51,374 nt of DNA, taken from assembly GCA_051439425.1 (NCBI GenBank), contig JBFRWD010000032.1:1-51374 (forward strand), written 5' to 3'. The notes under the pieces are model-generated. The model worked only from the letters and a program-made list of their open reading frames with translations, did not search any database and was not told where the DNA came from. Position numbers and translations under genes: made by a program. The stretch comes from Synechococcus sp. (GTDB lineage Bacteria > Cyanobacteriota > Cyanobacteriia > Thermostichales > PCC-7336). Every line of letters starts with the position of its first letter. Position 1 is the first letter of the stretch. This document shows positions 37,262-47,109 of the stretch, in pieces.

Positions 37262-39019
37262 ATGACTCAACCGTGGTGGAAAGGGGCAACAATCTACGAA
37301 GTCTACATCCGCAGCTTCTTCGACAGTTCCGGAGATGGTGTCGGGGATTTGTACGGCATTGCCTCCAAGTTGCGTTACATCCAGAGATTGGGGGTAGACG
37401 CCATTTGGATTACCCCCTTTTTTCGATCGCCCATGAACGACTTCGGCTACGACGTCGAAGACTACGAGTCAGTGGCGGAAGAATTTGGCAGCATCGATGA
37501 CTTTGACTATCTGGTGCGCAAAGCCCACGAACTGGGCCTCAAGGTATTAATCGATCAAGTCTGGGGGCACACCTCCAGCGCCCACCCCTGGTTTCGCAAA
37601 AGTCGCCGCAGTTGCTTGAATCAGAAAGCAAATTGGTACGTCTGGCATAGTGCTGGAAAAGAGGGCAGTCCTCCTAACAACTGGTTCTCCTTCTTCGGGG
37701 GCCCGGCTTGGGCTTGGGATGCCACCCGCGAGCAATATTACCTGCATCACTTTCTGGACAGCCAACCCGCCCTCAACCTGCACCATCCCGACGTGCTGGA
37801 GGAAATTCTTGAAATCGGTCGTTTCTGGCTCGATCGCGGTGTTGATGGTTTCCGCCTCGATGCCGTGCCCTTCTACATGCACGACCCCACCTTCAAAAAC
37901 AATCCCCCGCGCCCTGCCGGAGAACCTGCACCCGACGGCTTTTCTCCCAACCTGCCATCGGTGCGCCAGGTGCAGAAACACAACATCGCCCACCCCGACT
38001 TGCTGGAAATCCTGACGGAAATTCGCAACGTTACCGACGGCTACGACGATCGCGTTTTGTTAGGGGAGGTGGCTGGGGAACATTCCGTGCAACTGGCCGC
38101 TAAATACACCGGCCCCAGCAAGTTACATATGGCCTATAACTTTGGCTTGCTCAAGACTTGCTCGGAGCCCAGCGAAATTGTGCGGCTAATTCGCACCGCA
38201 TTGAAGGAGGCCCCGAAGTCTGCGCTCGATGACGGACGGATTTGTTGGGCGATCGGTAACCATGATGTGGAGCGAGTGTTTACCCGTTGGGGGGGAGAAA
38301 ATATTGGCGATCGCCACCAGCAAAAAGCCTTTTCGAAGTTGGTGATGGCGGTTCAGCTCACATTACCGGGAGGGGCCTGCATCTACCAGGGCGAAGAATT
38401 GGGCTTACCGCAGGTGGACTTACCCTTTCGCCAGCTCAAAGATCCCTACGATCGCTCTCTGTATCCCAATCACCAAGGGCGGGACGGTTGCCGTACTCCC
38501 ATGCCCTGGAAAAGTGACAGCCAATACGCTGGTTTCACGTCAGCCAAGAAGAAAAAGCCCTGGCTGCCCGTATCGGATGACCATGTGGACTTGGCGGTGG
38601 CCGCGCAGGATCGCGAGGCCAATTTGGGCTCGGTCCTCAATGCCTATCGACGCTTTTTACGCTGGCGCAAGGCCCAACCCGTCCTCAAAGGGGGCAGCAT
38701 CCGCCTGGTTCCAGTCGTCAGTCAAGATGGGGCCGGTGAATCTGTGTTGGCCTACCTGCGCTGTTTGAAAAAAGAAGCGATTTTGCTGATGTTTAACTTC
38801 AGCCCTCGGTCCACGTTTTTGCGTGTTCAGTGCGATGGCCTGCCCCAGCAGTTGATGGCTGATCGCCACCTCAAAGCCATTCGCACCCACGATTTTCATT
38901 GGGTATTTCAGGGGGCTGGCGTCCGCTTAGATCCGTTTGGTCTGGGAATTGTCTCTCTACCGAATTCAGATCATCTGGAGATCCATGCCCAGTGGCAACC
39001 GGAAGATCCTAACAGCTAA
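37262..39019 (+). CDS. GH13 alpha-glucosidase (AglA/oligo-1,6-glucosidase-like)
   Basis: WWKGATIYEVYIRSF, DFGYD, QPALN, catalytic DGFRLDAV, GEV and NHD, YQGEELG and GRDGCRTPMPW. Confidence 0.9.
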   Translation: MTQPWWKGATIYEVYIRSFFDSSGDGVGDLYGIASKLRYIQRLGVDAIWITPFFRSPMNDFGYDVEDYESVAEEFGSIDDFDYLVRKAHELGLKVLIDQVWGHTSSAHPWFRKSRRSCLNQKANWYVWHSAGKEGSPPNNWFSFFGGPAWAWDATREQYYLHHFLDSQPALNLHHPDVLEEILEIGRFWLDRGVDGFRLDAVPFYMHDPTFKNNPPRPAGEPAPDGFSPNLPSVRQVQKHNIAHPDLLEILTEIRNVTDGYDDRVLLGEVAGEHSVQLAAKYTGPSKLHMAYNFGLLKTCSEPSEIVRLIRTALKEAPKSALDDGRICWAIGNHDVERVFTRWGGENIGDRHQQKAFSKLVMAVQLTLPGGACIYQGEELGLPQVDLPFRQLKDPYDRSLYPNHQGRDGCRTPMPWKSDSQYAGFTSAKKKKPWLPVSDDHVDLAVAAQDREANLGSVLNAYRRFLRWRKAQPVLKGGSIRLVPVVSQDGAGESVLAYLRCLKKEAILLMFNFSPRSTFLRVQCDGLPQQLMADRHLKAIRTHDFHWVFQGAGVRLDPFGLGIVSLPNSDHLEIHAQWQPEDPNS

Positions 39020-39061
39020 ATCAATCCCTGTTCTGAGCGATAGGCTCTTTTTCGAATTTGA

Positions 39062-39166
39062 TATAGCAATCTGCTCTACGAGCTAGAGCATGGAGATATC
39101 TCAACCCCTTGATTGGTATAGAGGAACGTTTTGGGAACCCTCCATAGTAGGTTGTCGATCGCCATA
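39062..39166 (-). repeat. ~105-bp MITE-like repeat, copy 3
   Basis: Reverse complement TATGGCGATCGACAACCTACTATGGAGGGTT...AGAGCAGATTGCTATA aligns with copy 4. Confidence 0.75.
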
Positions 39167-39248
39167 CCAGATTGAAGTTCCACCCTCTCGGCCTCCCATG
39201 CGGGAGAAGGATTGAATATTAGGGAGATCGAACCGAGCAAACGCAGGT

Positions 39249-39680
39249 TTACTCAACTACCTGAATCAGATCGATATCAAAGATTAGATCTTTTCCCGCC
39301 AACGTATGATTGGCATCTAGTGTGACTTTCGACTTGTGGATGCCTACAACTGTGAGTTCAATTGTTTTGCCTGCCGAGCTAGTTCGGCTCACTTGTTGCC
39401 CTACTTCAACATCAGTTCCTGAAAAGACTGAATGACGGTTGACCTCAACTACCATTTCAGGTTTGTGGGGGCCATATGCATGCTCGCTCGGGATCGTTTC
39501 TACTTTAGATTCCCCAGGGCTCATCCCCACCAAGGCACGTTCAAATGACGGAAGTAATTTACCCGAGCCAATACAAATTGAAATCGGTTCGCGATCGCGC
39601 GAAGAATCAAAAATAGTTCCATCTTTTAACTTCCCGGTGTAATGAACTAACACCGTATCACCGACTTTTGCACTTACCAT
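39249..39680 (-). CDS. FKBP-type peptidyl-prolyl isomerase (SlyD/SlpA-like)
   Basis: VHYTGKLKDGTIFDSS, AYG and DANHTLAGKDLIF motifs. Confidence 0.92.
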   Translation of the reverse strand: MVSAKVGDTVLVHYTGKLKDGTIFDSSRDREPISICIGSGKLLPSFERALVGMSPGESKVETIPSEHAYGPHKPEMVVEVNRHSVFSGTDVEVGQQVSRTSSAGKTIELTVVGIHKSKVTLDANHTLAGKDLIFDIDLIQVVE

Positions 39681-39825
39681 AAGATGCTAAAATTTCCGTC
39701 TGGTTTGGGGAATCGCACGGTATAAAATCTGGACAAGCGGGAATAGCTATGCGATTCCAGATCTTGCGATGAGGGTTGATGTCCAATCACCCTAGGGAAA
39801 AAGATGAATGAGACTCAATCGCTTT

Positions 39826-40008
39826 TTACCGAAACTTTTTGCGCCGCTTCTGTTTTGACTTTGCTTTGCGAAGACGCTTTTGAGCAGGTGTTTCAAAATG
39901 GCGGGTGCGCCTCAAATCCGAAAATATTCCTGCTTTTGACACCTCGCGCTTAAATCGACGTAGAGCAGACTCTATCTGCTCGTTTTCACCGACAAATACT
40001 TGAGCCAT
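39826..40008 (-). CDS. rpsU: 30S ribosomal protein S21
   Basis: [16 protein letters not shown]...HFETPAQKR. Confidence 0.95.
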   Translation of the reverse strand: MAQVFVGENEQIESALRRFKREVSKAGIFSDLRRTRHFETPAQKRLRKAKSKQKRRKKFR

Positions 40009-40205
40009 ACATTAAATACTCGTACTCGGTTTCTGGCAATCTTTGGCGATCTCTGACTTTGGCGGTCTCTAACATAGATAGACGTAGATGCTAGAAGGCT
40101 AGGGTGGAAACACATACCACCCTGATTTTGAGAGCCATTCAACTCGCAAACAATTGACGTCTGACCTAGTGGCCTCTGAACTTGTTTTGAACGAGGTAGA
40201 GAGTG

Positions 40206-40478
40206 TTACCAACTGTCTCGTCGATCGCGGCGATCTGTGCGGGGCTTTGCTTTATTCACCTTGAGGTTGCGACCCATCCACTCTGCTTCATTCAAGGCAT
40301 CGATCGCGGCTGTCTCTTGATCGTCAGACTCCAATTCCACGAAGCCAAATCCACGCTTGCGGCCCGTGTCGCGATCTGTCGGCAGGCTCACCGATTTAAC
40401 GGCTCCAAATTCTCCAAAAACAGATCGCAAGTCATCCTCTGTCGCTTCGTACGACAGATTACCTACATATACCGACAT
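40206..40478 (-). CDS. RRM RNA-binding protein (Rbp family)
   Basis: RNP2 VYVGNL, RNP1 RGFGFV and WMGRNLKVNKAKP. Confidence 0.95.
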   Translation of the reverse strand: MSVYVGNLSYEATEDDLRSVFGEFGAVKSVSLPTDRDTGRKRGFGFVELESDDQETAAIDALNEAEWMGRNLKVNKAKPRTDRRDRRDSW

Positions 40479-40550
40479 ACCTGACCTCTCGAATCAGAAA
40501 GAATTGAGGTGTTGGATTCGGAGATCGGATTACAAACTATTACGAACTCA
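40479..40550 (-). promoter_or_regulatory. Conserved rbp 5'-UTR elements
   Basis: Minus strand TCTCCGAA (plus-strand TTCGGAGA at 40517-40524) and the near-complementary TTCGAGAGG just before the ATG, as in cold-regulated cyanobacterial rbp leaders. Confidence 0.6.
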
Positions 40551-41117
40551 CTCTAAAGTGACATTTGCAACTAGTGAATAATCATTCACCATAACCATAC
40601 TCATGCATTGATAGTAACCTACTGTCATCGAAAAAGCGAAAATAACAATGTGAAGGATTACTTGTGGCAAAAAGCAGCACACATCTTATAGAGAGACGAT
40701 AGCCAACCTCACACAAAAAATCTCCTACCCCATAGTCAAGCCATAATTTAGAGCTAAATCATAATTTGACTTCAATTCACGATCTATTTAACCTCAAGGC
40801 ATTTGGCTGATGACGAGTAGATATTACACCGCACATCTGTCTTCTTAATGTTTTCTACGTATTTGGTTCGATGTGACAGATGTTATTACGGTAGTGACTT
40901 AGGAAAAAATCGCCTCAAAAATGCTGCTTTTCATTTAGATAAGACTATGATTTCCTCTTCTGTGTGACAAGCCGAACGTGGATCGATTGTGCGCTAAATT
41001 TAGCGGCTCTTTAATGTTTCTCCTTTGTGGTACCTCTCTCGCTTACATCTTGAATTTTACTTGGAGATAAATTGTACGAATGATTGCCGGAAATTATGCC
41101 CCATATTCCTTTCAATT

Positions 41118-41609
41118 ATGAGAGATGTCGCATTACAGCGAATTGTTCAAAACCTCGATTCCACATTGAGGAGAGATAATTTGATCGGGGAAACAGCGAC
41201 TCTTCTCCGAGGCTTGCTGCAAGTAGGACGTGTCGTTGTGTTTTGTTTCCATTGTGACGGAGAGGGGCGGGTTGCGTACGAGTCTGTGGAGTCTGATAGC
41301 TACTCAATTTTCGGATCGACCGAGCCGATTGATTCCTTAGAGGATTATGCCGCTATTTGCATGGATGGACGGGTGAGATCGGTTCCGGAGATTGCCCCCA
41401 CAGTCATCAATAAACATGGACGCAGTAGGACTCAGAAGCCGCCGGCCCGAGCCAGCTTGGTTGCCCCCATTAATGGTGAAAAGCGGCTCTGGGGATTATT
41501 GATTGCTCAAGATTTCCAATCATCAAAACTCTGGTCTGCGCAAGACGTGGAGATGATGGAGCAATCTGTTCAAGTTCTGTCAGAGGAGCCATCTATCCAC
41601 GCTGCTTGA
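41118..41609 (+). CDS. Stand-alone GAF domain protein
   Basis: LQVGRVVVF, G.V..ES, ASLVAPI...LWGLLIAQ and W...DVE pattern of cyanobacterial GAF domains. Confidence 0.8.
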   Translation: MRDVALQRIVQNLDSTLRRDNLIGETATLLRGLLQVGRVVVFCFHCDGEGRVAYESVESDSYSIFGSTEPIDSLEDYAAICMDGRVRSVPEIAPTVINKHGRSRTQKPPARASLVAPINGEKRLWGLLIAQDFQSSKLWSAQDVEMMEQSVQVLSEEPSIHAA

Positions 41610-41637
41610 GTCAGCTTTAGGCTCTCAAACACTGCTC

Positions 41638-42942
41638 TCATCGAGATTGCTTGCGCTGCTGAGCCGCATGACAGAACACCGAGACGTACTCCCGATAGCC
41701 ACCGGCAAACACTAAATCGAAGCGCAACGGTTCGGCATTGTCTGATGGGTCTCCCGGCCCTTCGCTAGCTACCGGCTGTTCGGGGTTGCTGCGATCGATG
41801 GTCACGGGTTTGCGGTTCTTTAGCTCGCCTCCACTGCTGTCGATGTAAGTGATTACGTTTGGACTCTCGAACTGTTGCCCGATGTCTTGGATGAGCTGGA
41901 GGAAATTGCGATCGCTCCCCCCGCGTCTGACTACGGCTGTCCCGTTCTCCTGCACCACAGAGCTGGTTACCGTATCTCCGACACCGATCAAGACCGGCAT
42001 CAGGGCGGGGTCAAAATTCTCGGTCACTAACTCCAATAATGCTGTGTGTTCTTTCGGTGCTTGGCGGGCAGTAAACCCATCCCCCAACGGAAACTGTCCC
42101 GTGCGCTGGTGATAGTAACGGTTCAGCAGCGCTAACACTCCAGCCTCCTTCACCGCCCCTCTCAGCATGAACTGGAAATCCGTTGTGCCGGAATCGGTGT
42201 CGTTAGCCCAGCGCACCAGCTCTCGACCGCTGTCATCTCGGCCCAAATTGGGGGCCAGATGCAAAAAGAACGAATCTGCAAACCCCAGCTCTGTCGCTTC
42301 ATTCAGCAACGTCTCCATCAAGTCCAGCATGCGCCGCTGCACCTCCAGCCACAGATCGGTGCGATCGCCTAGTGCACTATGGAACGAGTTGAGATTTGCT
42401 GTGGGGGAGGCCATATTGTCCAAGACGCTGGCCTGAATCGCTTCGGCTGCAGCCTCGGGTGTCAGTGCGTCGGGATGAGCCTCCACAAATGCTTGCAAGC
42501 AGGCTTGAATTCGCTGCGGGACCTCCGTTAAGAACGACAGTTCTGCCTCGCTGACACCGGGGTGATCGAGATTGCCATAGCGGTCTTGCCACTGCACTCC
42601 ACCCGCAGCCAAGCCGGGGAGGTACAGCCCTTCGACCTGGGCGAGATCGCTGTCTCCAAATGCTTTATCCACAATTGCGTTCACCCCTCTGACGCCGGTA
42701 TGTTCGCCGTTGGTGAGTACGTAAAAATGGCGATCGAAGGTCTGTGTGGCCAACACATAGTTGGGGTCAATTTGGCGGGTGAGTGGATCGAGTACCAATT
42801 CCATGCACACGCCATCCAAGTCCTGGACGATGAGCACGTTTTCAGTGCGGGAGAGTAGCTGGGGCAGTGTATTGGTTCTAAGGGAATTGGGTGGGGCGTT
42901 CAGCAGGGGATGTAAGGGGGTTGACATCAATGGGGCTGACAT
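41638..42942 (-). CDS. stpA: Glucosylglycerol 3-phosphatase
   Basis: HAD motif QDLDGVCM, VLTNGEH, GLAAGG, GTTDFQF, GVGDTVTS and RRGGSDR. Start at 42942 or 42927. Confidence 0.93.
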   Translation of the reverse strand: MSAPLMSTPLHPLLNAPPNSLRTNTLPQLLSRTENVLIVQDLDGVCMELVLDPLTRQIDPNYVLATQTFDRHFYVLTNGEHTGVRGVNAIVDKAFGDSDLAQVEGLYLPGLAAGGVQWQDRYGNLDHPGVSEAELSFLTEVPQRIQACLQAFVEAHPDALTPEAAAEAIQASVLDNMASPTANLNSFHSALGDRTDLWLEVQRRMLDLMETLLNEATELGFADSFFLHLAPNLGRDDSGRELVRWANDTDSGTTDFQFMLRGAVKEAGVLALLNRYYHQRTGQFPLGDGFTARQAPKEHTALLELVTENFDPALMPVLIGVGDTVTSSVVQENGTAVVRRGGSDRNFLQLIQDIGQQFESPNVITYIDSSGGELKNRKPVTIDRSNPEQPVASEGPGDPSDNAEPLRFDLVFAGGYREYVSVFCHAAQQRKQSR

Positions 42943-43140
42943 AAAAAAGCTCAGGTGCTCGGCTGGTGCTATGCCCTCAACATAACTGATGGCGTTCCGG
43001 GGCTCGTGTGACGGCTCTTGCACCACGACGTTGCAAGAGCCATTTTCCTGATGTCGAAAATACGATAAACGACAACTTGTCAACGCCCTGACCAGTAATG
43101 AAAGTTGATCTGAACGATCGCTTTTTTAATGTCTCCGATT

Positions 43141-43463
43141 GCGATCGCGGTTTACATCGAATAACACCCGGGATCTGCTCCGACCGTCAATCCGTGTCTG
43201 GCTGCTATCCGAGCAATGGTTTCGTGGCTGGTAGCGGGCATCATTCTTCAGCAGAATCAGGGTGAAGAATTTTGGGGGCCGCAGTATGGGGTCAAGACCG
43301 GCAAGACTCCGGTGCTGACCGAAGGGGAAATGAAGGAGCTCCTCGACTCCATCGATACCTCCGAGGTAGTGGGTCTGCGCGATCGCGCTCTAATTGCCAC
43401 GATGCTCTTCGCTTCGCCAGAATCGGAGCCGTCCTAGGACTCAGAAGCGCTTTCTCATACTGA
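43141..43463 (+). pseudogene. Tyrosine recombinase/integrase remnant
   Basis: SAPTVNPCLAAIRAMVSWL...GKTPVLTEGEMKELLDSIDTSEVVGLRDRALIATML, then frameshifted FARIGAVLGL; the catalytic C-terminal part is absent. Confidence 0.75.
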
Positions 43464-43733
43464 TGCTGTGAGCCTTACTCAGAAAGACTCGCAGCATCAG
43501 TATGAGTGAATTCGACTTGCCCTCTGCTCTAAAGCTCAAGCCTTCCGTATCAGAGGTAGTTAGGCTGCCTTCTGTTCAGGGGAAAGACAGATTCCAGAGC
43601 AGGAATTTTCAATGTTCCGAGTTTGTCACCTTGTCTCCCTAGTGTGTTGACGTGAACAGGAATCGTCAGTGCAGAGGCACATCTGCGGTGCAGCTTGTTC
43701 CAAACAACATTTGCCGAAATCAGGAGACAAACC

Positions 43734-46073
43734 ATGGCCGATACCAATAATGCAACCGGAACAATGGTTGGTGACACTACTCCGACCATCATCCCAGGAG
43801 CACAGGTATCTGATTCTGCTTCGGACCCTTTTGGCTTTAAATCAACTCTGAGAGTAGCAGCTTACTACCAAGGAACGGGCTACTACCAAATGGGCTCGGA
43901 GCAAGACACATTCTCGAATGACTATAAGTATTGGAGAACCAATAAGAGCAAGAGCGGTGCAACCTGGTACCACGATTATTTGATGGCGAGAGAAATTCGT
44001 GGCCGAAATGGTGGTGATGACACTATTTACGGAAATACCACGACGACTTTCTCTCATCTCCAAGCAAATACATTCATCTGGGACTCTATTACCTTGCCAG
44101 GTCAAGCCGATACCCTCAGGGGGCTTGGTGGCAATGACACTCTTTACGGGCGGGTGGGAAATGACATCCTATACGGGGATAGTGGTCAAGATGTCTTGGT
44201 TGGCGGTATCGGCCAAGATGAAGTACACGGTGGTACTGGCAACGATCTGCTGTATCTCGATGTGCCCACGTCCAACTCACCTGGAGACACGGCATACGGT
44301 GATGATGGCGCTGATACCTTCTACATTGGTGGCACGACCACAACAATGACCATAACAAGCAACCCTTATGATTGGGATGCACTATCTCAGAAGGCGTGGA
44401 ACCAAGTCAACACTACTATTGGTAATGTTCTGCCCCCGCTTCTAAGTAGATCCTATAAAGTTCTGAGTGGCACTATTACTGAGGTCTTCGATCTCTTCGA
44501 TATATTAAGCTCAGCAAATAGCACTACTAAGACTGTCACTAACACGCCCGAAAATCTCGAAAAAGGGCAATATATTCAGATTCAAGACTTTAATCCTAGA
44601 GAAGACGTACTTGTGATCCCGGTGAATGGGAGTCTTAGTAATGTAGAGTATACAGTCAATAACGGTAAACTAGACCTCTTTTATGATAAAGAAGGGCAAA
44701 CATTTGCCCAAATTTCTCTCGATGACTATCAAAATATCTTTGAGAATCCTTCCTTAGGAACAACTCCGTTGTCATCAGGTAAGATTTGGCAATCAGTGAC
44801 TAGAAATGCTCTATTACTGGATAGTCAGGCGGATTTGGTTAGCCTAGGGATCAACGGAGCCAATGTCCAAATACAACCTGAGATCGAGGACCATGTCCAA
44901 GTCAATCAACTTGATTCGAGCTATATCGTTATCGGAGCCTATGGGGGAAGTCAGCAATTAGGGGGGGATGATGGCACAGACTATCTGTACGGGACAAATC
45001 ATCAAGACACTCTCATTGCCTATCCAACAACTTCCATTGGACTTACAACAGATGTCAAAGATTCCGGCAATAGCGATCAGCTATATGGATTTGATGGAAA
45101 CGATACCTTAGGGGGAGGAGGAGGTGATGATTACCTTTTTGGTGGCTCCGGCTTTGATGTTGCCTATTACGCAGATGAAGCAGACTATAACGGAGATGGG
45201 TTAGGGATCAAAGTCAATCTCTCCGCCCTTCAGTCGGATCAAGGCGCTGCTTATATAGACCCTATTAGTGGTAACAAGTATGCTGAAGCTACCGATTCAT
45301 ATGGCAATAAGGATCGACTATTTGGGATTGAAGGAATTTCAGGTAGCGCGTATGCGGATGATGTGAAGGGCAACGATCTCGCTAATATATTTTGGGGGAA
45401 TGGAGGGAATGACACTCTTGATGGAGGCAGCGGGAATGACACACTCGATGGTGGATCGGGTAACGATTCTCTCCTTGGTGGTCTCGGCGAAGATGTTGCC
45501 TTATTAAGCTTCAATTCTTCAGATGACTATCGAATCGAGTTCTCTAATGATGCAACAGTAGATTTTACAATCTCTCATGGAAGTGAAGTAGATTCCTTCA
45601 AAGATATCGAGACACTTAGATTTGCGGATGGAACCGAGCTATCTCCTAATATATTAATCTCAACTAATGACACTCTGATCCAAGGAACTGCTGGTAACGA
45701 TACTCTTACGGGAACCTCCGGGCAAGACGTCATATTAGGTTTAGATGGTGATGATGAACTATATGGTAAAGGCGGAAACGATACACTCAACGGAGGCTTG
45801 GGCCGAGATCAGTTTTATGGGGGAAATGGTGCTGATACATTTATATTTGATACTCAGAACGTTCCCAACTCATTTGCTGAGGTGATATATGGTTTCGAGT
45901 CTGGAATAGACCATATTCAAATTGACAAGAGTGTATATGGAATTAGTGACTATAGTGAGATTAATGTGACAAAGGCTTTAGGGAATGTATACATTAGCTT
46001 TGGCACTAATGGTGGCTTTAACATTGGTGGAACTACAAGCTTTAGCTTAGATTCAGATGTTGAATTGATCTAA
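43734..46073 (+). CDS. RTX-type calcium-binding secreted protein
   Basis: AGGAG RBS before ATG 43734, several GGxGxD clusters, an IQDFNP motif and a C-terminal GADTFIF...FESGIDHIQI. Confidence 0.85.
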   Translation: MADTNNATGTMVGDTTPTIIPGAQVSDSASDPFGFKSTLRVAAYYQGTGYYQMGSEQDTFSNDYKYWRTNKSKSGATWYHDYLMAREIRGRNGGDDTIYGNTTTTFSHLQANTFIWDSITLPGQADTLRGLGGNDTLYGRVGNDILYGDSGQDVLVGGIGQDEVHGGTGNDLLYLDVPTSNSPGDTAYGDDGADTFYIGGTTTTMTITSNPYDWDALSQKAWNQVNTTIGNVLPPLLSRSYKVLSGTITEVFDLFDILSSANSTTKTVTNTPENLEKGQYIQIQDFNPREDVLVIPVNGSLSNVEYTVNNGKLDLFYDKEGQTFAQISLDDYQNIFENPSLGTTPLSSGKIWQSVTRNALLLDSQADLVSLGINGANVQIQPEIEDHVQVNQLDSSYIVIGAYGGSQQLGGDDGTDYLYGTNHQDTLIAYPTTSIGLTTDVKDSGNSDQLYGFDGNDTLGGGGGDDYLFGGSGFDVAYYADEADYNGDGLGIKVNLSALQSDQGAAYIDPISGNKYAEATDSYGNKDRLFGIEGISGSAYADDVKGNDLANIFWGNGGNDTLDGGSGNDTLDGGSGNDSLLGGLGEDVALLSFNSSDDYRIEFSNDATVDFTISHGSEVDSFKDIETLRFADGTELSPNILISTNDTLIQGTAGNDTLTGTSGQDVILGLDGDDELYGKGGNDTLNGGLGRDQFYGGNGADTFIFDTQNVPNSFAEVIYGFESGIDHIQIDKSVYGISDYSEINVTKALGNVYISFGTNGGFNIGGTTSFSLDSDVELI

Positions 46074-46087
46074 AGCAAAGCCTAAAT

Positions 46088-46223
46088 GGCTCTATTGCCT
46101 TAACTGATAGGTGGCCTGAGCTGAAAGAATGAGGAGATGAATAATCGACCTGTTTCCTACTCTCGTCACCGCTTTCCAGCTGTAGTTATCAGTATCGAGA
46201 CGAGATTTTATCTCCATGGTTGA
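46088..46223 (+). mobile_element. IS6-family left end with N-terminal transposase remnant
   Basis: GGCTCTATTGCCTTAACT IR-like end, then GAGGAG-ATG at 46137 giving MNNRPVSYSRHRFPAVVIS (YxRHRFP motif). Confidence 0.65.
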
Positions 46224-46433
46224 TACCGAGGGTTGCTTGCTCTCTAAGGTATCGGCCCTTTTTCTTCAAGGCTCACTCTGTCGAGCTGACGTCGAGCAGC
46301 ATGGCACGCAGAGGTTTGGCAGTTTTATCTCAAGGTTTTGAACGATCGCGGATTGTTTAATGCACTATCAGCCCTAAGCAATAGCGATCGCTTTGCTAGA
46401 ATTACAAACTCGATTTGATATGTCTCACAGACG

Positions 46434-47102
46434 ATGAAAATCTTGGTGCTAGAGGATGATGAGCAGCTCGCGAATATTCTCACCAGAGCTCTGAAAGAGC
46501 AGCATCACGTAGTCGAAACCGCTATTGATGGTAATCTCGGCTGGAACATGCTGGAATTTGGCGCATACGATTTAGTGCTTCTTGATATTCGTCTGCCTGG
46601 GTTAGACGGTGTACAGATTTGTCGAAAACTTCGTAACCAGGGAAAAGAGACACCTATTCTCATGTTGACGTCCCTAGATACTAGTCAAGACAAGGTTTTG
46701 GGCTTGGACGCCGGGGCCGATGATTACGTGGTGAAACCCTTCGATTTGCCCGAATTAATGGCAAGAGTACGGGCCATGTTGCGCCGAAGAAGCTCAGCCC
46801 CTCCCCTCTTGCAGTGGGAGCATTTGCAGCTCGACCCTACTAGTTGTAATGTCACTTACCGTGGGCAACCCGTCAGACTGACTCCAAAAGAATTTAGCCT
46901 GTTGGAACTATTTATGAGGAATCCTCAGCAGGTGTTTAGCCGGGCTGTCATTATTGACCGAATTTGGACGTTTGAAGATCTGCCAGATGAAGGAGCCGTT
47001 AAAACGTTACTTAAGCGCCTGCGCCAGAAGCTCGTCAAGGCGGGAGCTCCAGCCGATACTGTAGAAACAGTCTATGGATTAGGATATCGCCTCAAGTCTT
47101 AG
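46434..47102 (+). CDS. OmpR-family response regulator
   Basis: VLEDD, LLDIRLP, GADDYVVKPF and winged-helix LTPKEF...TVYGLGY. Confidence 0.93.
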   Translation: MKILVLEDDEQLANILTRALKEQHHVVETAIDGNLGWNMLEFGAYDLVLLDIRLPGLDGVQICRKLRNQGKETPILMLTSLDTSQDKVLGLDAGADDYVVKPFDLPELMARVRAMLRRRSSAPPLLQWEHLQLDPTSCNVTYRGQPVRLTPKEFSLLELFMRNPQQVFSRAVIIDRIWTFEDLPDEGAVKTLLKRLRQKLVKAGAPADTVETVYGLGYRLKS

Positions 47103-47109
47103 AGCCATA

